The notes under the pieces are model-generated. The model worked only from the letters and a program-made list of their open reading frames with translations, was not told the DNA's origin and did not search any database. This document shows positions 19,693-27,775 of a DNA stretch of 64,000 nt, one piece after another; the first letter of the stretch is position 1, and each line of letters opens with the position of its first letter. Location: assembly GCA_964487605.1 (NCBI GenBank), contig CAZARU010000014.1, forward strand, positions 2,495 through 66,494. Reading direction: 5' to 3'. This DNA is from an uncultured Polyangiaceae bacterium. Lineage in GTDB: Bacteria > Myxococcota_A > Polyangia > Polyangiales > Polyangiaceae. Position numbers and translations under genes: made by a program.

Positions 19693-21915
19693 ATGAATTG
19701 CGGGCTGGTCACGGCGCTCAGGGCCACGCTGGTGGCCGGCTCGCTCATGGTCGGGGGATGTGGCGCGGGAGCCGGCGCCAGACCGGCACACCCGACCAGT
19801 GCGCAGACGGGCCCCGTGAGTCCGATCGAAGTGACGGACGCGGAGTTCGGTCAGAGTGTCCATCAGCTGTTGCTCGATGGAGCGCCGAGCCAGACGAGGA
19901 TGAACCTCCTCGCCGGCGTCGTCCGGAAACAGCTCGGCCGTGCCCATGCGCGCTTCGCAGCCGGTCATCCGGAAGCCGGCATGGCGGCACTGGAAGGCGC
20001 CTTCTATCTGACGCGTGCCGGTGAACTCCGGCAGGAGATGCTTCGCGATCAGTCGCAGGCCCTCCGTGCTGCCGCGGACGAAGTCGCGCGCGTGGGAAAC
20101 GAAGGGCTCGCGGCGGCGTTCTATTCGATGCTGGAATCGACGCTGCCCCAGGGGCGCGAGCGCACCGACGCGTCGGCGCACCTCTCGGCCCTCGACGGCT
20201 GGGCGCGAGCGACACGCGACCCCCGAACGATGCAGGGCGCCGGTGCCGAGCAACGCGCGTCGGTCATGCGCGCGCTCTTCCAGACCGACGCCGACACGCT
20301 GGCGTCGGCGCGCACTGCGACGGTTCGGTGGATCGACCGCGCGCTGGAGCGCGACACCGAAATGGAGCCCCCGCGTACGCCGTTCGACCGCGACGAGCTC
20401 ATCGAGACCTATCGGGCGCGGCGCGCCGGAGGGGCGACGCTCGTCGCGCTGTACCTCCGCCACGGCGACGCGAGCGGAGCCGTGACGGCCCTCGACGCAC
20501 CGAACGTCTCCCGCGTGGTCCCCCCGCCCTTGAAGGAGCGGATCGAGGCGCTCGCAGACGACCCGAACCCGGAGATCTGGTGGCAGCTCTACCAGCTCTT
20601 CGGACGCGCGGACGACCCGGAGCTCCCCGAGACGGCCCTGGACCCCGCCCTCACGCGCGCGGCTGCGTGGGGATCGGCCGTCGAGCTCTACCGCCTGGAG
20701 CCGAACCATCTCCGCGGCGCGCTCGCCGTCGCAGACCTGCTGGTTCGCTACCAGATGCCGGAGGCGACCCCCTTGGCGCTCATCGGCGCGCTCGGGGCGG
20801 GCGCGGGCGCGCGCGATCTGAGCCTGGTCCTCTCCCTGGTGCTCCGCGCCATCACCGAGCAGGAGGAAATCGGCGAGCTGGCGACGGCGAGGCGCACCTT
20901 CGAAATCGCCGAGCCGCTGCTGGCGCTCGCGGAGGAACGGGACATGGTGGGGCGCACGCGGCCGACCGCGTCCCGCCTGCGGTTCGTCATGGGCGCACTC
21001 GAGATGCGCGGCGGCGAGATAGAACGTGCCAGGCCGCACCTGATGGCGGCCATCGCGACGGAGCCCTCCGCGGAGGCCTACGTACGCCTCGCTGCGATCG
21101 AGCGACAGCGCGGCGCACCGGGCGAAGCGCTGGTCGCGCTCGAGCGGAGCGCCGCCCTGGGCAAGGCCTCCGGTGATCCGCTGGCCGAGGCCGACGCCGC
21201 GAGCGCGGCGTTCGAGCTGCACCGGCTGCGCGGCGCCGCTGCCGACGCGGCGAAGTCCCTGGAGGCAGCGCTACGCCTCGCCCTGGACGCGAGGACGCTG
21301 GCGAAGACTCCCGCGGATCGCGCGCGCGCGGAACGCGCCGTGGCTCGATCACTGGAGCTTCACGGCGATCTGGCTGGAGCGCGCGCAGCCACGGCGCGCG
21401 CCTACGACGCGGCCGCCTCCGACGTGCGGCAGATCGCGGCAACCGTCCTCGACGAAGCCAGGCGGTCGCTCACGCGCCAGGATCTCGCCGGAGCGCGGGC
21501 AGCGCTGCGTCGCGCCACCGACGAACGACTCGAAGCGGAGGACACCGTATACGTCGCGATCTGGCTGATGCTCCTGGAGCGGCGCCTCGCCGACGTGTCC
21601 GATGGCAGCGCCGCCGAGGCCCTGGGTGCCATGGCGCCGGCGGGGTGGGCGGGCCGCCTGAGAGCGTGGGCCCTCGGCAAGCTGTCGGACTCGGCGCTGC
21701 TGGGGGCCGCGCGCACCCGGGTCGAGAAGGCGGAGGCCGCGTTCTACGCCGCGATGTCGCGCTGGAGCGTCCGAGACGACACCGAGGCGCGCCGGCAGCT
21801 CGGGGCCGTCGCTTCGAGCCCGGCCACCGACCTCATCGAGGTCGTCGTCGCGCGTGACCTCGTTGCGGATCCGAAGGTCGCTCCGACGCTGCCGAGCGAC
21901 ATCGTGGTCCCTTGA
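19693..21915 (+). CDS. large helical/TPR-like lipoprotein, function unknown
   Basis: The N-terminus carries a lipobox-like LMVGGC. The rest is Ala/Leu/Arg-rich helical repeat sequence. ATG at 19693 is preferred. Confidence 0.6.
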   Translation: MNCGLVTALRATLVAGSLMVGGCGAGAGARPAHPTSAQTGPVSPIEVTDAEFGQSVHQLLLDGAPSQTRMNLLAGVVRKQLGRAHARFAAGHPEAGMAALEGAFYLTRAGELRQEMLRDQSQALRAAADEVARVGNEGLAAAFYSMLESTLPQGRERTDASAHLSALDGWARATRDPRTMQGAGAEQRASVMRALFQTDADTLASARTATVRWIDRALERDTEMEPPRTPFDRDELIETYRARRAGGATLVALYLRHGDASGAVTALDAPNVSRVVPPPLKERIEALADDPNPEIWWQLYQLFGRADDPELPETALDPALTRAAAWGSAVELYRLEPNHLRGALAVADLLVRYQMPEATPLALIGALGAGAGARDLSLVLSLVLRAITEQEEIGELATARRTFEIAEPLLALAEERDMVGRTRPTASRLRFVMGALEMRGGEIERARPHLMAAIATEPSAEAYVRLAAIERQRGAPGEALVALERSAALGKASGDPLAEADAASAAFELHRLRGAAADAAKSLEAALRLALDARTLAKTPADRARAERAVARSLELHGDLAGARAATARAYDAAASDVRQIAATVLDEARRSLTRQDLAGARAALRRATDERLEAEDTVYVAIWLMLLERRLADVSDGSAAEALGAMAPAGWAGRLRAWALGKLSDSALLGAARTRVEKAEAAFYAAMSRWSVRDDTEARRQLGAVASSPATDLIEVVVARDLVADPKVAPTLPSDIVVP

Positions 21916-21937
21916 AGCCGCGGGATTGGCGCCCGCG

Positions 21938-22348
21938 TCAGTCGTGGGGCTTTCGACCGAGGAGCTTCGACGCCAGCTCCTGGCCGAACTCGCGCGAGAG
22001 CAACCGCTCGACCGTCTTTTCGCGACCGATGCGCTCGACTTCCGTGTCGTAGAGGAACTCGATCCCCATGCCGGCGGGGTTCGCCTTGCTGGCCTCTTCC
22101 GTTGCGGTGATCCACATGACCTTGCCGCGCAGGCGGAGTGGTTCGGCGACACTCGGCACCGTCAGCGCGAACACGAACTCGGTGCCGATGGCGAGCGGGC
22201 GCTCGGTCGCGATGAAAGTTCCGCCGCGGGAGATGTTCTTCGTGTAGTCGGCGAAGAACGTGTTGAGCCGCTTGTACTCGACGCGGAGTTCGATGGGCGC
22301 ACGATCGTGACGACGCCGGTTCGAAGGCGGGGGCTCGTCGTCGCTCAT
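21938..22348 (-). CDS. PilZ domain protein (c-di-GMP receptor type)
   Basis: RRHDR (RxxxR) and NISRGG (D/NxSxxG) motifs at the correct spacing. Resembles the myxobacterial TIGR02266-type PilZ domain. ATG at 22348. Confidence 0.8.
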   Translation of the reverse strand: MSDDEPPPSNRRRHDRAPIELRVEYKRLNTFFADYTKNISRGGTFIATERPLAIGTEFVFALTVPSVAEPLRLRGKVMWITATEEASKANPAGMGIEFLYDTEVERIGREKTVERLLSREFGQELASKLLGRKPHD

Positions 22349-22473
22349 CGCAAGAGCGTAATCGGGGCCAGGGGGCCCGGCCAAGCCGACGGCCGGACCC
22401 TTCAGGGTGAGCCGCCCGGAACGAGCCTTCCAACCGGGGCTCGACCCCCGCGGAACGCCCGCTCACCCGTGGT

Positions 22474-23568
22474 ATGGGAAGCGAGGTGCGCGATCCCTAC
22501 CAGACCCTCGAGGTCACCAGGAACGCGAGCGAGTCGGAGATCCGATCGTCCTTTCGGCGCCTGGCCGCCAAGTACCACCCGGACAAGAACCCGGACGACG
22601 AAGTCGCACAGGCACACTTCAAGGAGGTCAACGCCGCCTTCCAGATCCTGAGTGACCCCCACAAGCGCGCCGTGCTCGATCGTCAGGGCCCCCGCGCCTT
22701 CGACCCCGGCGCACCACCCGTAGGCGTGGATCTCGGCGGCATCGACGGTCTCTTCGGAGACCTGCTGAACGCCATCGGCATCAAGACGGGGGATCGCGGC
22801 GATCTGAAGCAGAAGGTCGTCTTGTCCTTCGAGGAAGCCGCCCTCGGCTGCGAGAAGCAGATCACCTACGCTCGCGCGGACGTGTGCCGCACCTGCAACG
22901 GTCGCGGCGCTCCCAGGGGCACCCTCGTGAGCTGGTGCACGGCGTGCCAGGGGCGAGGGCGGATCCGTTTCCAGCAGGGGGTCCTTCCCTTCGCCATCGA
23001 CCGCGGCTGCTCCACGTGTCGCGGTACGGGGCAGATACCGAAGGTACCCTGCGACGCGTGCGGCGGAGCTGGCATCACCAAGGCCGAGCGGACAATCGAG
23101 ATCAGCCTCCCCCCGGGCATCGAGTCGGGTGCAACGCGTACCATCGACGGCGCAGGGAACCGGCTCCGCCCGGAGAAGCCGGCGGGGGCCCTCGAGCTGG
23201 TGGTCGAGGTGAAGGAGCACCCGTTCTTCACCCGGCGTGGCCAGGATCTTCACTGCTCCGCCCCGGTCACGTTCGCGCAGGCCGCCCTCGGCGGCGAGAT
23301 CGACGTACCGTCGCTCCAGGGGAAGCTGCGCGTACGCGTCCCGCCGTCGACACAGCCCGGAAGTGTCCTTCGCCTCCGCGGCAAGGGCCTGCCGCACCGC
23401 CGCCGGGCTTCCCACGGCGACATGCTGGTCGAGCTCATCGTCGAGGTTCCGACGGCGATCTCGGACCGCGCACGCAAGCTCATCGAGGAGCTGGCCAACG
23501 AACTCGGCGAGGAGGTCCAGCCGCAGCAGCGCACCTTCATGGAGAAGCTGCGGAGCCTGTTCGGCTGA
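22474..23568 (+). CDS. dnaJ: molecular chaperone DnaJ
   Basis: J domain (DPYQTLEV...YHPDKN), four CxxCxGxG zinc-finger repeats (CRTCNGRG, CTACQGRG, CSTCRGTG, CDACGGAG), and a C-terminal substrate-binding domain. Confidence 0.93.
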   Translation: MGSEVRDPYQTLEVTRNASESEIRSSFRRLAAKYHPDKNPDDEVAQAHFKEVNAAFQILSDPHKRAVLDRQGPRAFDPGAPPVGVDLGGIDGLFGDLLNAIGIKTGDRGDLKQKVVLSFEEAALGCEKQITYARADVCRTCNGRGAPRGTLVSWCTACQGRGRIRFQQGVLPFAIDRGCSTCRGTGQIPKVPCDACGGAGITKAERTIEISLPPGIESGATRTIDGAGNRLRPEKPAGALELVVEVKEHPFFTRRGQDLHCSAPVTFAQAALGGEIDVPSLQGKLRVRVPPSTQPGSVLRLRGKGLPHRRRASHGDMLVELIVEVPTAISDRARKLIEELANELGEEVQPQQRTFMEKLRSLFG

Positions 23569-23674
23569 AAGCGCACCGCGGTCATGCCGCCCGCCCGCGT
23601 CGCCACCGGGACTCCGGGTGAGCTACGCTCCGTCGGGCCGGCGCGGGTCACCGCCCGCGGGCTCGCGAGGGACC

Positions 23675-24502
23675 ATGACGGATCGAAAAATCGGAATGCT
23701 CGGGGCCGGCAACATGGCCGGAGCCCTCATCAGAGGCATGCTGGCATCGAGGACCGTGGGCGCAGACCGGATCGGCGCGACCGATGTCCGTCCGGAGCGA
23801 CTGGAGACGCTGGTGAAGGAGCACGGCGTTCGGTCGTTCGGCCACGACAACGACGCGCTCGTGAAATGGGCCGACGTCGTCTTTCTCGCGGTGAAGCCAC
23901 AGGTGGTGGACCGCGTCCTGCAGCAGAGCAAGGACGCCTTCGATCCGGCGACGCTGGTCGTTTCCATCGCCGCAGGGGTCCCCATCAGATTCCTGGAGGC
24001 GCGCCTGCCGGCGGGTGTGCGCGTCATCAGGACGATGCCCAACACCGCAGCCATCGTGCTCGCGGGGGCGACGGCGATCTCCAGGGGATCTCACGCGAGC
24101 GACGAGGACGTACAGATCGCCCGGTCGCTCTTCGACGGCGTGGGCCGCACCGTGGTCCTCGACGAATCGCTGCTCGACGCGGTCACGGGCCTCTCGGGGA
24201 GCGGTCCGGCGTACGTCATGGTCATCATCGAGGCGCTCGCGGACGGCGGCGTGAAGGTCGGCCTCCACCGCGACACGGCGCTGCTCCTGGCCGCGCAGAC
24301 GGTCTACGGATCGGCCAAGCTACTGCTGGAGACCGGCGAGCACCCAGGTCGGTTGAAGGACATGGTGACCAGCCCCGGCGGCACGGCCATCGCCGGCCTG
24401 CACACGCTGGAATCGGGCGGGCTGCGCAGGACGCTCATCGACGCCGTGGACTGCGCGACCCGCCGCGCGGAAGAGCTGGGCCGGACGATGACGGACGCCT
24501 AG
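23675..24502 (+). CDS. proC: pyrroline-5-carboxylate reductase
   Basis: The MTDRKIGMLGAGNMAGALIRG Rossmann motif, then MPNTAA, GSGPAY, SPGGTT-like SPGGTAIAG. The track ORF starting at 23237 over-extends into dnaJ. Confidence 0.9.
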   Translation: MTDRKIGMLGAGNMAGALIRGMLASRTVGADRIGATDVRPERLETLVKEHGVRSFGHDNDALVKWADVVFLAVKPQVVDRVLQQSKDAFDPATLVVSIAAGVPIRFLEARLPAGVRVIRTMPNTAAIVLAGATAISRGSHASDEDVQIARSLFDGVGRTVVLDESLLDAVTGLSGSGPAYVMVIIEALADGGVKVGLHRDTALLLAAQTVYGSAKLLLETGEHPGRLKDMVTSPGGTAIAGLHTLESGGLRRTLIDAVDCATRRAEELGRTMTDA

Positions 24503-24510
24503 TCCGACCG

Positions 24511-27414
24511 TCACTCCGTCCACTCGACGTCGGCGGCGCCCATCGTTCGGTAGCGCGAGTCGATCTCGTCCATCAGCTCGAGCCACCAGCTCTCCATCTT
24601 CGGTCCGCTGGTCCTGACGCTGTCCGTGAAGAACGTCCCACGGACACACTCGGACTCGCCATCGGTGCCGGAGCCTGGCCGGCAACGACCGTCGACGAAC
24701 ACGAGGAGCGCCTTGGGCAAGCGCGTGGCCGACGAATCCGCCGAGCTGTTCATCCAGTTGTTGAGGAACAAGAGCGACGCCTTCAGGTCCTCGGGCGTCT
24801 GGCCGTACCCGTGGAGCATGTAGATCACCGGATAGCGCTTCTCGCGGGCGCCGATGTGACCGTACCCCGGCGGAAAGCTGACCGAAACGGGTCCGCTGCG
24901 TCCTCGCGAATCCTCGAAGGTGAAGTCGCACGCCCCGTTGATGACGCAGTTCTCCAGATCCGGATTCGGGTCGGTGCTCGAGGCGTCGTCGAGCGTCTTC
25001 GGCGCATCCGGCCACCGCGAGCCAATGTAGTAGAGCGCCGCCTGCAGGCGGCCGACGATCTGATCGGCCGGCCCGACGTGCTGTCCGTTGCCCTTCTGCA
25101 CCTCCTTGTCCGTCGGGTCGATGGCGCCGTAGCGATAGAACACGCCACCGGGTACGTCGTCCCACGCGACGTTCCCCGCGATGAATGACGTCGGCGACGC
25201 GGGATCCTGCCCGGGAAGCTGGTGCGTCCCGTTGTAGTAGTGCACGTTGCGACCCCGCGCGCCCCAGGCCCCGATGAGTGCCTGCGCGTCCACGGAGAAG
25301 TTGAAGAGGTCGCGAGTGCCGCCGTCCGTCCACAGGTCGACTCGCGAGAGGGCAGCGTCGTCGAGCGGCGTCGGCGCGGTGCCCCAGGCTTGCTGCTCGA
25401 TGACGGTGCGCGTGTCCCGCTCGAGGAACGTCTGCAGCCCGAGCGCCTGGTCGAACTTACCGTTGCCCTCGCCCACGTCGAACGGACTCGACGCAGTGCC
25501 GTCCACACCGTCGAGCCCGAAGTCGTCGAACGGCTCGCCAGCGTCGTAGCGGAGGTTGTTCTCCGTACCGGACGGGTTGTACTGAGGGTGCCAGTCGTCG
25601 CCCGCGGGGTCCTCGTTCGTGCCGGCCCGGTAGCCCGGCTCCGCCGTGCTCGCGACGCCGTCGGTGCCGTGATCACGATACGGCTCGTGACCGGAACGGA
25701 TGATCGGCTCGTTCTCGTCGCGGACTCCGTCGCGGTCATAGTCCACGGCGAGGCCCACCTCGAGCGGAACGCGCTCGAAGCCTTCCTTCCAGGTGTTCGC
25801 GTAGGGCGAGAGGGTGTCGTCCTGCGGCGTGCCGTCGCAGACGCTGATCACCGGGAACGACCCATCGGGGTTGAACTCGTCGTCGTAGTAGCCCGTCAGC
25901 ACGAGGCGGTTGGCGGGGTCACACCGCTCCGCCGGGCACTCGTCGAAGGTCTGCTTCTGCCGGGTCTCGTCGGGGTGGCCCGCAATCGGATCGACCCACG
26001 CCAGGCACTCCTTCGTCGTGCGGTTCCCGACCACCGACGGGTGATCGACGGGGACCCCCAGGGGAAGATGCTCGTTTCCAGGCGTCGCCGGGTAGTTCGG
26101 ATTACCGAACATGAGCGCCAGATCGCGGAAGATCTGTACGTACTCCGCGCGGTCGAAGGAGCCTCCGTTGCCTTCCTTCGGAAACTCGTACCACCACTGA
26201 TTGAACGACGAGGGGTGCTCGTACGGGAGGGTCGGCGTGCGCAGCGGCGCGGTGGAGGCGGGCGGCGTGCCCCCCGAGACGGGAAGGAAGCCACCGACGT
26301 GGTTGCGCTGGATGTGCCCGATCATCCACGTCCAGTCCACGGGGCCGCCGAGCGCTGCGACGACGTCGAAGCGCTCGTGGTGCCTCATGCCCACCATGGC
26401 GGCGCCCCCGCCGCCCATCGACACGCCGATGACCGCGCGATGGCGCAGCTTGCGCGTCCGCGTCGCCGTACCAGCGTCCTCTCGCACCACGGCCTGGTAG
26501 GTGCCGAGCCACGGCGCGAGAAACTCGAGGCGCCACCCTCCAGCGTCCTCCACGATGCGCGGGTTGGTGACGCCCACCGTCCGCGGCGCGCTCGCGCGGG
26601 GCCCGGTGTAGCTCACGGCAACGTGGCGCAGGCGAGCCGCGTCGGGCAGCGCCGCAGGGTTGATGGGCACGGAGAACGGGATGTCTCGCTGATGCATCAG
26701 GGGCGCAGGACCGAACGCGATGGCAGGACCGAGGGCCGCGAAGCCCTCGGGAAGCTGGTCGGGCGCGCAGTCGATGGTCGCGTCGAAGGGATCGGCATGC
26801 CAGAGAAAGCTCCCCGCGTTCGGCTTGGTCGCTCCTGCCTGAAGGGCGACGGACGCCCCGGCGAGCCCGCCCGTTCCGCTCAGCGTCATCCCGTCGCCGA
26901 CCCGACCCGATGCGCTGCCGGAGCACGCCGGAACGGCCGCGGCCGAGACGCGCACCGAGATGTCCGCCGTCGCGTCGGTACCATCCCCGCGCGGGAAGGT
27001 CGCCGTGATCACCGCCGTTCCCTCGGCCACACCCGTCACGTCGACGTCCACGGTCGGTGTCAGCAGGTCCACACGCTGGGCCGCGGGTGCTCCTGCGACG
27101 GACTCGTCGGACGTCGTGAACGTGACGTGACCGATCTTGCAGACGTCCGGGTCGAGCGTCACCTTCACGCGCCGCGTCCTGCCGACGGCGACGACCACGG
27201 CCGCAGGACTCGATCGCAGGCGGATGACGGTCGGGTCGGGATCGAAGCAGGCCTCGCCGGCTGCGGGCACCGGATTGGGCTTGCCCGCATCGTGCTCGGG
27301 CGCGTCGGACTTCGGCTTGCTCTTCTCGTCCGAAGAGCAGCTCCACGCGGCGCCCAAACCCATCGCGGCGAGAACCGCAGCTCGCGAGACCCGACCCACG
27401 ACGTGGAAGCGCAT
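24511..27414 (-). CDS. large secreted protein with Ig-like domain, esterase-family (alpha/beta hydrolase) motifs and Asp-rich Ca-binding-like repeats
   Basis: N-terminal signal peptide and a Big_2-like segment (VTFTTSDESVA...GTAVITATF). GVSMGGGG nucleophile-elbow motif near aa 330. DxDxDG-type stretches (DYDRDGVRDENEP, DDFGLDGVDG). YPVIYMLHGYG and IDSRYRT motifs sit at the extreme C-terminus. Confidence 0.75.
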   Translation of the reverse strand: MRFHVVGRVSRAAVLAAMGLGAAWSCSSDEKSKPKSDAPEHDAGKPNPVPAAGEACFDPDPTVIRLRSSPAAVVVAVGRTRRVKVTLDPDVCKIGHVTFTTSDESVAGAPAAQRVDLLTPTVDVDVTGVAEGTAVITATFPRGDGTDATADISVRVSAAAVPACSGSASGRVGDGMTLSGTGGLAGASVALQAGATKPNAGSFLWHADPFDATIDCAPDQLPEGFAALGPAIAFGPAPLMHQRDIPFSVPINPAALPDAARLRHVAVSYTGPRASAPRTVGVTNPRIVEDAGGWRLEFLAPWLGTYQAVVREDAGTATRTRKLRHRAVIGVSMGGGGAAMVGMRHHERFDVVAALGGPVDWTWMIGHIQRNHVGGFLPVSGGTPPASTAPLRTPTLPYEHPSSFNQWWYEFPKEGNGGSFDRAEYVQIFRDLALMFGNPNYPATPGNEHLPLGVPVDHPSVVGNRTTKECLAWVDPIAGHPDETRQKQTFDECPAERCDPANRLVLTGYYDDEFNPDGSFPVISVCDGTPQDDTLSPYANTWKEGFERVPLEVGLAVDYDRDGVRDENEPIIRSGHEPYRDHGTDGVASTAEPGYRAGTNEDPAGDDWHPQYNPSGTENNLRYDAGEPFDDFGLDGVDGTASSPFDVGEGNGKFDQALGLQTFLERDTRTVIEQQAWGTAPTPLDDAALSRVDLWTDGGTRDLFNFSVDAQALIGAWGARGRNVHYYNGTHQLPGQDPASPTSFIAGNVAWDDVPGGVFYRYGAIDPTDKEVQKGNGQHVGPADQIVGRLQAALYYIGSRWPDAPKTLDDASSTDPNPDLENCVINGACDFTFEDSRGRSGPVSVSFPPGYGHIGAREKRYPVIYMLHGYGQTPEDLKASLLFLNNWMNSSADSSATRLPKALLVFVDGRCRPGSGTDGESECVRGTFFTDSVRTSGPKMESWWLELMDEIDSRYRTMGAADVEWTE

Positions 27415-27551
27415 GTGAAGACTCCTCGAGCCCGACGAGATGTCGGGGAAAACCCTAGCGTGGGATGAGGCTAGCTCGGAGAGCCCATGGTGTCAGCGCA
27501 ACGGCCTGCAACGCGCGCCCTCGCACTCGGCTCACACGCCGGATCCAGCCA

Positions 27552-27599
27552 TTTTTTCGGTGATTCGTGCGGACTCTCCGCCAACGCGCACCGAAAAAA
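27552..27599. promoter_or_regulatory. 48-nt nested inverted repeat in an unusually AT-rich intergenic region
   Basis: The ttttttcggtg (27552-27562) and caccgaaaaaa (27589-27599) arms are perfectly complementary. The spacer holds an inner hairpin gcgga-ctc-tccgc (27569-27581) plus flanking cgt/acg pairs. Confidence 0.4.
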
Positions 27600-27775
27600 G
27601 AAGTGTCCGCGTAGAGGGGCCGGGGGGGACAGCCTCACTCCACGCGGACGCGCGGTGAACTAGCAGTCGGCGATCCAAAAAGCAAATGTGCATCGCACGC
27701 AGTGGTCGAAGCAGCGTCGCGAAGACACGATCCGTCATCCGCCGCGGATCGTGCCACGGCGCAGGCACGACACCA

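Noticed and set aside
18379-21222. 947-aa ORF on the - strand, overlapping the OMP-like and TPR-lipoprotein genes.
   Set aside because: It has shadow-ORF composition (R/G/A-rich) and no recognisable domain. The + strand genes have signal peptides and coherent architecture.
23237-23674. Upstream extension of the proC ORF (421 aa) overlapping the dnaJ 3' end. The 55987-57456 extension of the menB ORF and the 52664-53002 extension of the ATPase ORF are analogous.
   Set aside because: Each conserved protein begins at an internal ATG with a family-typical N-terminus. The extensions overlap well-supported neighbouring genes and are Arg/Pro-rich.
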